Under the pieces are notes generated by a model. That model was not told where the DNA came from. It saw only the letters and a program-made list of their open reading frames with translations, and did not search any database. This document shows, one piece after another, positions 1 through 8,425 of a stretch of DNA of 54,668 nucleotides. The DNA is from an uncultured Desulfurococcales archaeon (GTDB lineage: Archaea; Thermoproteota; Thermoprotei_A; Sulfolobales; Acidilobaceae). The stretch lies in assembly GCA_964425855.1 (NCBI GenBank), contig CAYROE010000002.1:1-54668 (forward strand). Reading direction: 5' to 3'. Position numbers and translations under genes: made by a program. The stretch's first letter is position 1. Every line of letters starts with the position of its first letter.

Positions 1-1
1 A

Positions 2-589
2 GACAAAATGATATTCATCGAAGGAGCAAAGAACCCCAAGAGCGTAACAATACTCCTCAGAGGAGCCAACGACATGCTCCTAGACGAGGCCGAGAGAAAC
101 GTACTTGACGCACTTCACAGCCTAAGGAACATACTAAGAGAGCCCAAGATCGTAGGCGGCGGAGGGGCAGTAGAAATAGAGCTAGCAGAGAGGCTAAGAG
201 ACTTTGCTAGAACCGTAGGCGGCAAGGAACAAATGGCTATTGAGGCATATGCAGAGGCTCTAGAAGTAATACCCACAGTACTAGCAGAGAGTGCAGGCAT
301 GGATGCATTAGACACACTACTACAACTAAAAGCAATGCACAACCAGGGCCACAAGTTTGCAGGAATAAACGTGATTGAAGGCAAAGTAGAAGAAGACATG
401 ACAAAGATAAATGTATACGAGCCAATAATAGTAAAGAAACAAGTAATAAAGAGCGCCAGCGAAGCAGCAATAAGCCTGCTAAAGATCGACGACGTAATAG
501 CGGCTGCACCTCCGAAGAAAGAGAGCAAAGGTAAAGGCGAGGAAGAAGAGGAAGAAGGATCAGGTCCAGGATCCTTCAACTTCGACTAA
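2..589 (+). CDS. ths: Thermosome (group II chaperonin) subunit, C-terminal ~195 aa; 5' end lies outside the window
   Basis: The frame is open to the window edge. [47 protein letters not shown] and IDDVIAA blocks plus a Glu-rich tail are typical thermosome sequence. Confidence 0.9.
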   Translation, partial: DKMIFIEGAKNPKSVTILLRGANDMLLDEAERNVLDALHSLRNILREPKIVGGGGAVEIELAERLRDFARTVGGKEQMAIEAYAEALEVIPTVLAESAGMDALDTLLQLKAMHNQGHKFAGINVIEGKVEEDMTKINVYEPIIVKKQVIKSASEAAISLLKIDDVIAAAPPKKESKGKGEEEEEEGSGPGSFNFD

Positions 590-677
590 CCTATTTAAAC
601 CACCTACTTTTTCTTGATCCTCCACTAAGAAAATTCACCTTATTGCTTGAAATTAACTTAAAACTTAATAAAACGGA

Positions 678-1100
678 TTAATCCTGACTACTTAAAAGTA
701 TGACTGCCATCATAGCGAATATGATTCCAGTTATCTGTTTGTATGATAAGTTTTCTCCTAGCACAATGTATGAAAGCACAACTGTTATGGCAGGATATAG
801 GCTTGTGAGAGGTATGACTATTGAGGCTTTACCGCCCCACTGTAAGGACCATATCAAGAATATATAGCCTAGAGTACCAGCCAGCCCTGCTGCTAGTCCC
901 ACTACAATAGATTTTGTATCTAATACAGATAAATGGGAGAGCCCTTTTGTAAATATTATAGTTATCATTACTAAGAGTATCGCTGTATTAGTTACTAGGT
1001 ATACGGTGTACCATTCGGCTCTTACAGATATCTTTTTTAGGAGTACCCCCCATACTCCCCATAACACTAATGTCGATATCGCTGCCAATATCCACTTCAT
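678..1100 (-). CDS. Small EamA/DMT-like membrane protein (single EamA-type domain)
   Basis: 140 aa, almost entirely hydrophobic with 4-5 TM segments. N-terminal ILAAISTLVLWGVWGVLLK resembles EamA-type transporters. Confidence 0.5.
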   Translation of the reverse strand: MKWILAAISTLVLWGVWGVLLKKISVRAEWYTVYLVTNTAILLVMITIIFTKGLSHLSVLDTKSIVVGLAAGLAGTLGYIFLIWSLQWGGKASIVIPLTSLYPAITVVLSYIVLGENLSYKQITGIIFAMMAVILLSSQD

Positions 1101-1166
1101 TTAAACCACCGTCTGCGGTCCAATTACCCGTCTTAGACTTATTACCCCGAAATAACCATTGCGTGT

Positions 1167-1490
1167 TTGTGGGAGAGGGAGATGGCAGAAGAATTCTACA
1201 GCGCCTATCCAAGAATAAGCGAGAAGGTCAAGATAGGCCCACCCTATCTGACCAAGTATGAGAGGGCTCGAATAATAGGCATAAGAGCCTTCCAGCTAGG
1301 ATTCGGAGTGCCTCCATTGGTTCCACCAGAAGTCGTAGGCTCGACGGATCCTCTAGATATTGCGAGGTATGAAGTCGACAATGGAATACTGCCGCTCTCA
1401 GTCTATAGATATATTCCAGGAGGACCAGCACAGGCGATACCGCTTAAGACCCTATTAGAGCTCGGGAGGGAAATTGGCTACAGATACTAG
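1167..1490 (+). CDS. rpoK: DNA-directed RNA polymerase subunit K (Rpo6/RpoK)
   Basis: LTKYERARIIGIRAFQLGFGVPPL ... DPLDIARYEVDNGILPL matches the conserved Rpb6/RpoK core. The likely true start is ATG 1182. Confidence 0.8.
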   Translation: MWEREMAEEFYSAYPRISEKVKIGPPYLTKYERARIIGIRAFQLGFGVPPLVPPEVVGSTDPLDIARYEVDNGILPLSVYRYIPGGPAQAIPLKTLLELGREIGYRY

Positions 1491-2580
1491 TCTCCAGATA
1501 GAATCACAGGTTAAGAGAGAAAATAGTTTCAATAGATGTGCAGGGATAGTCGGAAAATTCTTCGAGATAGGTTCTCTAAATATATATAATGAGAATACTG
1601 CAGAATTACAGCTTCTTTCTCCAAAGGAACCTATTTCTTGGAAAAGAGCCCTGTTACTAGCCTATGATAACCTTGTTCCACAAGGATGCTATATTAGGCT
1701 TGTAAGAAAACAGAATGGACTATCAATGGTGTTTTATAGGAGTAAAAACAAGGGGAGTCGGAGGTTTCTTGGAATAGTTCTGGCAGGCATTACTTTACTT
1801 ATGGTCTATGTGTCGGGTCTGGCGCTTTCATCGAACTATGGAGAGGGAATAGCATGGAACCCTCTAGGCTACCTATTAGGATTACTGGTTCCACTTCTCG
1901 CACATGAACTTGGACATTGGATAACGCTAAAAAAATATAAGACTCCAGCCAGCATACCCTACTTTATACCTGCTCCACCTATCCAGCTAGGCTTCATAGG
2001 TACCTTTGGAGCAATCATCAATATGAGATGGCTTCCACCAAATGCGAGAGCCTTAAGTATGAGTAGCATCATGGGTCCACTAGCAGGATTCATTGTAGCG
2101 CTCCCATTTGCATATTATGGAATAAAAGCATCAATAGTTTTACCAGCAGCGGCAACAGGTGGAGTGATTCCATTTGTACCTCTAATAATGCTACTTATCC
2201 CCACCCAGGTAACTCCTGGACCCCACGAAGTAATCGTGCTAAGCCCCATGGGATTCGCAGCGTTCATAGTGTTTGTTGTAACGTTTCTCAATCTCCTTCC
2301 AGTAGCATCTTTAGATGGTGGCCATATAGTAAGGGCTCTAGCAGGATTCAGACTCCATTATCTTATAACGATAACTACAGTCATCTTACTTGTAATATCG
2401 AGCACGCTGTGGCCTGGATTCACGTTTTTCGCATTATTAGTGATATTCATATTTTACATGAATAGACATGGTCATCCAGGAACAGCTCTAGGAATAGAGG
2501 AAGTTGATTCTGGAACGGCTCTTGCAGGGATCCTCTTTGGCCTCCTACTAATACTGACCGTGCCTATACCCGTAACCTGA
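1474..2580 (+). CDS. Site-2 protease family (peptidase M50) membrane metalloprotease
   Basis: HELGH zinc motif in a TM segment (LLAHELGHW), the second motif NLLPVASLDGGH, and multiple TM helices. A TTG start overlaps the rpoK end by 17 nt, so the start is uncertain. Confidence 0.75.
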   Translation: MATDTSLQIESQVKRENSFNRCAGIVGKFFEIGSLNIYNENTAELQLLSPKEPISWKRALLLAYDNLVPQGCYIRLVRKQNGLSMVFYRSKNKGSRRFLGIVLAGITLLMVYVSGLALSSNYGEGIAWNPLGYLLGLLVPLLAHELGHWITLKKYKTPASIPYFIPAPPIQLGFIGTFGAIINMRWLPPNARALSMSSIMGPLAGFIVALPFAYYGIKASIVLPAAATGGVIPFVPLIMLLIPTQVTPGPHEVIVLSPMGFAAFIVFVVTFLNLLPVASLDGGHIVRALAGFRLHYLITITTVILLVISSTLWPGFTFFALLVIFIFYMNRHGHPGTALGIEEVDSGTALAGILFGLLLILTVPIPVT

Positions 2581-2630
2581 TAGAAACGCTCTCTACCCTC
2601 TATACAACCACGACATAGAGGTTCCCTATT

Positions 2631-4751
2631 ATGTGGAAATATAAGCGGAGTCCACGAAAAAAGGCAAGATATACTAGAACCGTTGACCGATCAACTCAGA
2701 ACTATGCATGTTATCCAAGACACCCATATATTGCAGTTGTAGCTGAAAAGCCGAAAGCAGCTGAAAAAATTGCATATGCACTAGGGAAGGGTGTAAAGTG
2801 TAGATACAAGGGGATACCTTACTGGAGCATACAGATAGACGGGCGGAGAATATTTGTCGTTCCAAGCGCAGGCCATTTATTCGGGCCTTACTCTCCTAAG
2901 AGAGGATTTCCCGTATACGAGTTTGAGTGGAGACCCATCTTTGAATTCGATAGAAAAGCCTCGCACCTGAGGAAATTCTATGATCTAATGAAATACATAC
3001 TCCCAAATGCTTCTCTTTACATAAACGCCTGTGACTATGACATTGAAGGAAGCGTAATCGGCTACACGATAATATATTATATAGGCGATCCGTCTCGGTA
3101 TAAAAGAATGAAGTTCTCGAGCCTAAGCCCCACTGAGCTCAGGAGAGCCTTTGAAAGACTCGAACCCCCAGATATTAGCCTCGTAGAGGCGGGAATGGCC
3201 CGACACGAAATAGACTGGATATGGGGCATAAATGTAAGCAGGGCATTAATGCATGCCGCGCGGAAAGTCACTGGGCAAAGAATAATTCTTAGTGCTGGCA
3301 GAGTACAGAGCCCAACTATTGTAGAGGCTGTTAGGCGATGGAGAGAGATTAATCTAGCGGTTCCCACACCAGAGTTTTCCCTAGTACTGGAATGTCTCCA
3401 TCATAATGTATCTTTCAAGGCATATCCTCATGGATGGCGTCCAGAATCAAAAGAAGAAGCTTCAAGTATAGTAAGTTACTTCAAGAAAAATCCTGTTCTA
3501 AACGTTTCAAAGATTGAAAGCAACAAGATATCAGTACAGCCTCCACCAGCATTTAACCTAGGGGATCTCCAGAAAGAAGCGGCTAGATTATACAAGTTTA
3601 GCCCCATGAAAACACAGAAATTAGCAGAAGACCTCTATCTAGAAGCCCTAATAAGCTATCCGAGAACCAATAGCCAGAAGCTGCCGCCTACAATTAACTA
3701 TAGGAATATAATACTCCGCTTATCAAAGAGCGAGTATTATGGAAGCCTTGCTACGAAGATACTCTTAGAGAACCCCATTCTAAAACCTGTACAGGGAAGA
3801 AAAGATGATCCGGCACATCCAGCAATACATCCTACCGGCGTTATACCAAAGTATCTTGACGCGGATCACAGAAAGATCTATGACTTAATAGTCAGGAGAT
3901 TTCTCGCCGCCTTTGCTCCAAGAGCAGTCATCTCAAGAACGAAGGCAGAGCTGATAGACAAGTTCGGTAGGAAGTATAGTGCTAAAGGTGTCACAGTAAT
4001 AGAAGAAGGCTGGTATCATTATTACCCGTATCTTAGACCGAAAGAAGAAGAATTACCTCTCCTAGGAACAGGAGAGAATGTTAGAGTAACAAAAGCATCG
4101 TATCGAACCAACTGGTCACGCAACGTCCCCGATCTATCAAGAACAGCTCTCCTAAAATGGATGGAGAGCGTAAACATTGGAACAGAGGCGACCAGAGCAA
4201 GGATAATTGAAGTTCTATTCTCTAGAGGATACCTTGAATCGAGAGGAGGAAAAACAGTCGTAACAGAACTAGGAGAGTCGATTGCCGAGATAATTTCAAC
4301 CCTGTTTCCTGAATTGTCTAAGCCGGATCTTACACGTGATATGGAACAAAAACTTGAACTTGTGAGAAGAGGCTTGTTGACTCGGAAAAAAGTCGTGGAG
4401 GAAACAAAGAGTATAATGGATAGCCTTATAAGAAACTTTAATGAGAGGCTCGAAGACGTAGGATATAAAATCTCAGTTGCCTTAGGAGCAATTCGTCCAG
4501 ATACAACATGTATACTATGTGGAAAACCAGCCAAGATAAAGAATGGTATAAACCTCTGCGAGCATCATCATGAAGCACTTCTCAGACTTGAGAGGGCATT
4601 GCCGGAAATCTCAAGAAGGCTTGGAGTCGATGAGGACAAGGCTATAAAATCAATAGCAAGGCTTCGGGGAAAGGCTGGCAGATGGGTGATAGAAGTAGCC
4701 GCTAATTGGGATCAAATAGGATCGCGGGGAAGTAAGAATACAGTCCAATAA
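2631..4751 (+). CDS. topA: Type IA DNA topoisomerase (Topo III-like)
   Basis: Toprim start IAVVAEKPKAAEKIA, DYDIEG acidic cluster, active-site tyrosine context ISYPRTNSQ, and a C-terminal Cys/His zinc-finger-like CILCGK...CEHHH. Confidence 0.85.
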   Translation: MWKYKRSPRKKARYTRTVDRSTQNYACYPRHPYIAVVAEKPKAAEKIAYALGKGVKCRYKGIPYWSIQIDGRRIFVVPSAGHLFGPYSPKRGFPVYEFEWRPIFEFDRKASHLRKFYDLMKYILPNASLYINACDYDIEGSVIGYTIIYYIGDPSRYKRMKFSSLSPTELRRAFERLEPPDISLVEAGMARHEIDWIWGINVSRALMHAARKVTGQRIILSAGRVQSPTIVEAVRRWREINLAVPTPEFSLVLECLHHNVSFKAYPHGWRPESKEEASSIVSYFKKNPVLNVSKIESNKISVQPPPAFNLGDLQKEAARLYKFSPMKTQKLAEDLYLEALISYPRTNSQKLPPTINYRNIILRLSKSEYYGSLATKILLENPILKPVQGRKDDPAHPAIHPTGVIPKYLDADHRKIYDLIVRRFLAAFAPRAVISRTKAELIDKFGRKYSAKGVTVIEEGWYHYYPYLRPKEEELPLLGTGENVRVTKASYRTNWSRNVPDLSRTALLKWMESVNIGTEATRARIIEVLFSRGYLESRGGKTVVTELGESIAEIISTLFPELSKPDLTRDMEQKLELVRRGLLTRKKVVEETKSIMDSLIRNFNERLEDVGYKISVALGAIRPDTTCILCGKPAKIKNGINLCEHHHEALLRLERALPEISRRLGVDEDKAIKSIARLRGKAGRWVIEVAANWDQIGSRGSKNTVQ

Positions 4752-4775
4752 AGAAGTATAAGATGTTTGTGTAAG

Positions 4776-5261
4776 TTATCCTTTAACCATTAGAGAGAGT
4801 CCACCGACATAGGGGATCTTTACAGGGGATCCATCGACTTCCTGGACAACGCCTACTATGGCATCGTAAGGTATTCCAAGCCCGTGGCATTCAGGAAATC
4901 CAGGATCAGGCATTGGGTTATTGTCGCCTTTAACTACATAACAGTATTTTCCATCAATTTGCTTAATCTCTATAACTCTATGTATTATGTATTTTGTACC
5001 GGAAGAGTATACTACTATGTCACCGACGTTTATTTGATTGGGAGCTTCTTTTTTGATTAAGACTACGTCTCCGGTATGGAGTAAAGGTTCCATACTTATG
5101 CCTTCAACTATTGCGAGACGTAGTACTCCTCCTAGGAGCATGTAGGCAGCAATTATGAAAAGTATGATTACGGCTATAGTACTGAGATAGTCTCTTAAAT
5201 TAGCGAATGTTTCCTCGTCGACATTAGTATTTTCACTTTTTTCATTACTCATTGCAATCAT
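4776..5261 (-). CDS. Archaeal-type signal peptidase I (S26B/Sec11-like)
   Basis: N-terminal TM anchor followed by the catalytic Ser box VEGISMEP, HRV, and KGDNN motifs. Confidence 0.75.
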   Translation of the reverse strand: MIAMSNEKSENTNVDEETFANLRDYLSTIAVIILFIIAAYMLLGGVLRLAIVEGISMEPLLHTGDVVLIKKEAPNQINVGDIVVYSSGTKYIIHRVIEIKQIDGKYCYVVKGDNNPMPDPGFPECHGLGIPYDAIVGVVQEVDGSPVKIPYVGGLSLMVKG

Positions 5262-5418
5262 CTCTATTCTACGCGCCTATTTGTGAAATCATAACCAGCT
5301 CATTATAATAATCTTGACTATATCAAGTGATGATGAGCTGGCTTCAACCCTAAAAATGTAAGGCTCGAATAGACAGATATGGATACTAAGGGATTTATCA
5401 TAATCGTAAAGTCATACG

Positions 5419-6192
5419 GTGAAAGATCTTATGAATATCTATGTAGGGACATGTGGGTTTTCTCGTAGTAGAAAACTAATCTATAGAGATCTAGACGTGG
5501 TTGAACTACAACAGACGTTCTATGATCCTCCTCCACCGGAATCCTTGGAGAAGATAAGGAGGGAGGCTCCCGAAGAATTCATCTTTACCGTGAAGGCATG
5601 GATGCTTATAACACATCAATATAATCCTAAACTCTGGCGCCGTATTAAAAGAAAGATACCAGGAAAACCGGAGAATTATGGATTCTTTAAGAATACCACT
5701 GAAGTCTGGTGGGCGTGGCAAGAGACTAAGAAAGCTGCTGAGATCTTAAAGGCTGAAATGATAGTTTTTCAGAGTCCTTCGAGTTTCAAGCCAACGGATG
5801 AGAATATTGAAAGAATCAAAACATTCTTCTCAAGAATTACCCACGGCTTAGAGAATATAGTATTAGGCTGGGAGCCGAGAGGCGAGTGGTGGCTAGATCG
5901 GTACAGTAACTTACTAGAAGATTTCTCTACAAAGTATGGAGTTGTAATAATTGGAGATTATCTTAGGGGAAGAATCCCACGCATTTTTCCGAGAAGGATA
6001 GCATATACAAGACTTCATGGTTTGGGAGGGAGAGAAGTAAACTATAAGTATCGCTATACCAATGATGATTTAATTAATCTTAGAAAAATAGTTGAAAAAT
6101 TGAATGTTGAGAAAATATATATTTTATTTAATAATATTTACTCTTATGAAGACGCTGTTCGCTTCAAAAAGATGCTAGGATTGGATAAATAA
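5419..6192 (+). CDS. DUF72 family protein
   Basis: N-terminal IYVGTCGFS and overall length and pattern are typical of DUF72/UPF0759. ATG 5431 is the more likely start. Confidence 0.6.
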   Translation: MKDLMNIYVGTCGFSRSRKLIYRDLDVVELQQTFYDPPPPESLEKIRREAPEEFIFTVKAWMLITHQYNPKLWRRIKRKIPGKPENYGFFKNTTEVWWAWQETKKAAEILKAEMIVFQSPSSFKPTDENIERIKTFFSRITHGLENIVLGWEPRGEWWLDRYSNLLEDFSTKYGVVIIGDYLRGRIPRIFPRRIAYTRLHGLGGREVNYKYRYTNDDLINLRKIVEKLNVEKIYILFNNIYSYEDAVRFKKMLGLDK

Positions 6193-6220
6193 TCTCTAAG
6201 AACGCTACTAAAGATATGGA

Positions 6221-6300
6221 CCCGACCAATGAGCCGCGGCATCCGCGGCGGGCGACACTATAATATGCCCGTTGGGGTAGCCCGCGGTGAGGGAGGAGGG
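6221..6300. ncRNA. Candidate structured RNA (GC-rich non-coding island, class unknown)
   Basis: An ~80-nt stretch much more GC-rich than its flanks, with no ORF longer than about 25 codons. It holds three CCGCGG palindromes (6234-6239, 6243-6248, 6282-6287), a hairpin GCCGCGG-CAT-CCGCGGC and a GGGC...GCCC pairing. Confidence 0.2.
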
Positions 6301-6341
6301 ACGCATAACGTCATGGAGAACGACTTAACGGGAAATTATTA

Positions 6342-6653
6342 GTGGGATGGGATATGAATACGCTCACGCTTGCATGGGAGAGATGCGATCTATGTGGTCG
6401 TCGAGGTATAACAATACGATGCATGTATGGAGGAGAGGCATTAAACCTGTGCCCTCACTGTTTATCCGTTGCGTATCCTAGAAGAGGGTTATCATGCAAG
6501 CAACTCTATGCCGTTATACCTTCACTAAGAAGTCTAGTGACTACGCCAAATAGTGATTTAATAAGTAGAGTTGACCAGCTAATCGCAAGCAAAAGCACTC
6601 ATAGGAGCAGTAGAAGAACTAGTTCAAAGACTACGAGAAAAAGGAAAGTCTAG
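6342..6653 (+). CDS. Hypothetical small zinc-ribbon protein with a basic Ser/Arg/Lys tail
   Basis: CDLCG ... CPHC four-Cys pattern and a C-terminal STHRSSRRTSSKTTRKRKV tail. The 3' end overlaps the convergent PCNA gene by 4 nt. Confidence 0.4.
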   Translation: MGWDMNTLTLAWERCDLCGRRGITIRCMYGGEALNLCPHCLSVAYPRRGLSCKQLYAVIPSLRSLVTTPNSDLISRVDQLIASKSTHRSSRRTSSKTTRKRKV

Positions 6654-7399
6654 AATGACGGCGCTATGTATATTACGAGTTTTTCACCGTTGGGGAAAGT
6701 ATATTCGATCTGCATCGGGTAATCTGTTGCGTAACTTACTTTTACGTTATCAGCGGCTCCCGTTGGTTTGGACGTGACTTCTAGGCTCGTCCGGGTATAT
6801 GTACTTGTTGTTTCCTCGTCTACATCCAGCGTAATTAGCGGATCTCCCTCCTTCATTATCCATTCATATTCCTTCTCCTCGCCCTCTGATTTTACGATTA
6901 CCTCCTCAGGCTTAGCAATGAATGTAACTGTATCCCCCACGATTTTACTATCTTGAATAATAGTCTTGAAATCATCTGAAAGCATATGGAATCTTGCAGT
7001 CGAATCTATTTTTGGCTCTCTTAGTTTGAAGTCTGTTGCCGTAGTAGACGTTATAGTAAATTGTCTTATCAGGCCTGTTTTGCGATCTCTCAGGGATAAC
7101 AGAAGTATTTGTTGATCATAGTCGTACTCGATTATTAGATCATCGTTTCTTGTAGCTCTTCTAACAACTTTGTTAAACTCATCTGTTCGTACGATTAAGG
7201 CTAATTCTTCGTCGACGATATACTCGTCGAATGAGAGAGGAGGCATTTTGAGTACTGCCATAGTTGTTTTATCAGGGCTCATTATTTGAGCGGCCAGTTG
7301 ATCGGGAGCGAAATGGAATATTCCCTCATCATTGATTTTGGCTATGCTCTGCGTTACATACTTGAACTTTGATGCTGCAGAATATACGATTCTTAGCAT
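6650..7399 (-). CDS. pcn: DNA polymerase sliding clamp (PCNA)
   Basis: 249 aa. The N-terminus MLRIVYSAASKFKYVTQSIAKINDEGIFHF and the two-domain length are typical of archaeal PCNA. Confidence 0.85.
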   Translation of the reverse strand: MLRIVYSAASKFKYVTQSIAKINDEGIFHFAPDQLAAQIMSPDKTTMAVLKMPPLSFDEYIVDEELALIVRTDEFNKVVRRATRNDDLIIEYDYDQQILLLSLRDRKTGLIRQFTITSTTATDFKLREPKIDSTARFHMLSDDFKTIIQDSKIVGDTVTFIAKPEEVIVKSEGEEKEYEWIMKEGDPLITLDVDEETTSTYTRTSLEVTSKPTGAADNVKVSYATDYPMQIEYTFPNGEKLVIYIAPSF

Positions 7400-7576
7400 A
7401 TCCTTGCACCCGAAATTCTACTAGTCCAATCTATAGTATTGCGGTTGTTATCCTATAAAATATGTCCTAGAGTCTCCTATAATGCTAGAACCGGTATAGC
7501 TGAGAATACTATGGTGGGCTGGACAACTACTGCAGGTTTATATTCTTGCTAGTTTACGAATATTGTATTAGGTGCT

Positions 7577-7969
7577 ATGGATATGACTAAGGAGACAGTA
7601 GTCGAAATAGATATGGGGAAGTACAAGAGCGTTGAACTCAGTGTAGATGAAGCAGAGAAGCTACTTAGACTTATAGTGGAAAAACTCGGCATAGAGCCAA
7701 ATGATGTGAACGAGGCGTTTAGGATCCTCAGGAACTTTGACGTGTTCTATGAGACTCAGAAGAAGAAGTTCAAGGATTATCTTGTACCGTCCAAGAGCAT
7801 GAATGATATGATTCTTGGAAGAGTTGTCGTAGACAAACTAAAACTTATAAAAGAAGGCGGAAAGAACAGGGTAGTTGTAGTATTCGATAGAAGAGTACCT
7901 GAAGAAACTATCATAGAGGCTCTCAAGGAGCTGGGATATGCTCCATCAGTCAAACGTTATTCCTTATAA
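7577..7969 (+). CDS. Hypothetical protein
   Basis: A 130-aa ORF with coding-like composition and no antisense competitor. I recognise no motif. Confidence 0.45.
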   Translation: MDMTKETVVEIDMGKYKSVELSVDEAEKLLRLIVEKLGIEPNDVNEAFRILRNFDVFYETQKKKFKDYLVPSKSMNDMILGRVVVDKLKLIKEGGKNRVVVVFDRRVPEETIIEALKELGYAPSVKRYSL

Positions 7970-8032
7970 TCCAATATCTTAGATTCAAACCATGGATTGT
8001 TCAATCTCTGAAGTCTTGTAAAAATAGAACGG

Positions 8033-8368
8033 CTACTTGGTCTTCTTTGATTTAGAGGTCTTAGGTTTTGTTTTTGATTCTTTCTTTGTCTTAGTTTTCT
8101 TTGTGGTTTTCTTTTTAGTCGTTTTCTTTGATTTTCCTCTTACAGGACGAGATGTCTCTCTTATATGTGCGATAACCGGATTAACTTTTTCCTCGAACAT
8201 AGCTCGTGCCTCGCTAAGCGTTAATTCACCGCTCGATACCTTTTCTAATAGATCTATTGCTACCAGCATAGCCTCTAGGAATTCCGGGGATACCTTGAAC
8301 TCCGTTACCTCGATCTCTGTATCGATTTCTTCGATAGGCTCTGCTTGAGTTGATACCATTTTATTCAC
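8033..8368 (-). CDS. Rpo13-like protein (crenarchaeal RNA polymerase subunit 13 candidate): acidic N-terminus, helical core, Lys-rich tail
   Basis: The architecture and the segment SGELTLSEARAMFEE resemble my recollection of Sulfolobus Rpo13 (…GKISVDEAKRLFED… followed by a K-rich tail). The tail here is KSKKTTKKKTTKKTKTKKESKTKPKTSKSKKTK. Confidence 0.45.
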   Translation of the reverse strand: MNKMVSTQAEPIEEIDTEIEVTEFKVSPEFLEAMLVAIDLLEKVSSGELTLSEARAMFEEKVNPVIAHIRETSRPVRGKSKKTTKKKTTKKTKTKKESKTKPKTSKSKKTK

Positions 8369-8425
8369 ACCTGGATCAAATTGTGTATACGGGAATATTA
8401 TAAGATAACTAGGTTTGTTTGATCT

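Noticed and set aside
115-579. Long antisense or alternative-frame ORFs throughout the track. Examples: 115-579 and 237-509 in the thermosome gene, 4022-4534 in topA, 17526-17954 in pelota, 21430-21885 and 22153-22584 in ileS, 29889-30233, 31037-31396, 35020-35361, 36649-36900, 40190-40579, 50983-51339 and 53932-54315.
   Set aside because: Each lies entirely inside a strongly supported gene on the other strand or frame. Their low-complexity Ser/Leu/Pro-rich translations have no motifs. They are shadow ORFs of coding sequence.
5327-5400. GUGAUGAUGA (C-box-like) in the signal-peptidase/DUF72 intergenic region as a C/D sRNA.
   Set aside because: There is no CUGA or xxGA D/D' box at 10-13 nt spacing, no C' box and no terminal pairing around the boxes. 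The UGAUGA is part of the 9-bp inverted repeat reported separately.
6221-6300. The GC-rich island as a tRNA, 5S rRNA, C/D or H/ACA sRNA.
   Set aside because: It has no T-loop (GTTCRAATC) or cloverleaf and no resemblance to archaeal 5S sequence as I recall it. It has no UGAUGA/CUGA boxes. The only hairpin has a one-sided internal loop, so no pseudouridylation pocket plus ACA could be drawn. It is kept only as an unclassified RNA candidate.
8037-8348. Plus-strand 103-aa ORF rich in Phe/Val opposite the Lys-rich tail gene.
   Set aside because: It is the complement of AAG/AAA-rich codons of the minus-strand Rpo13-like gene, giving poly-Phe/Leu low-complexity sequence. Not a credible protein.
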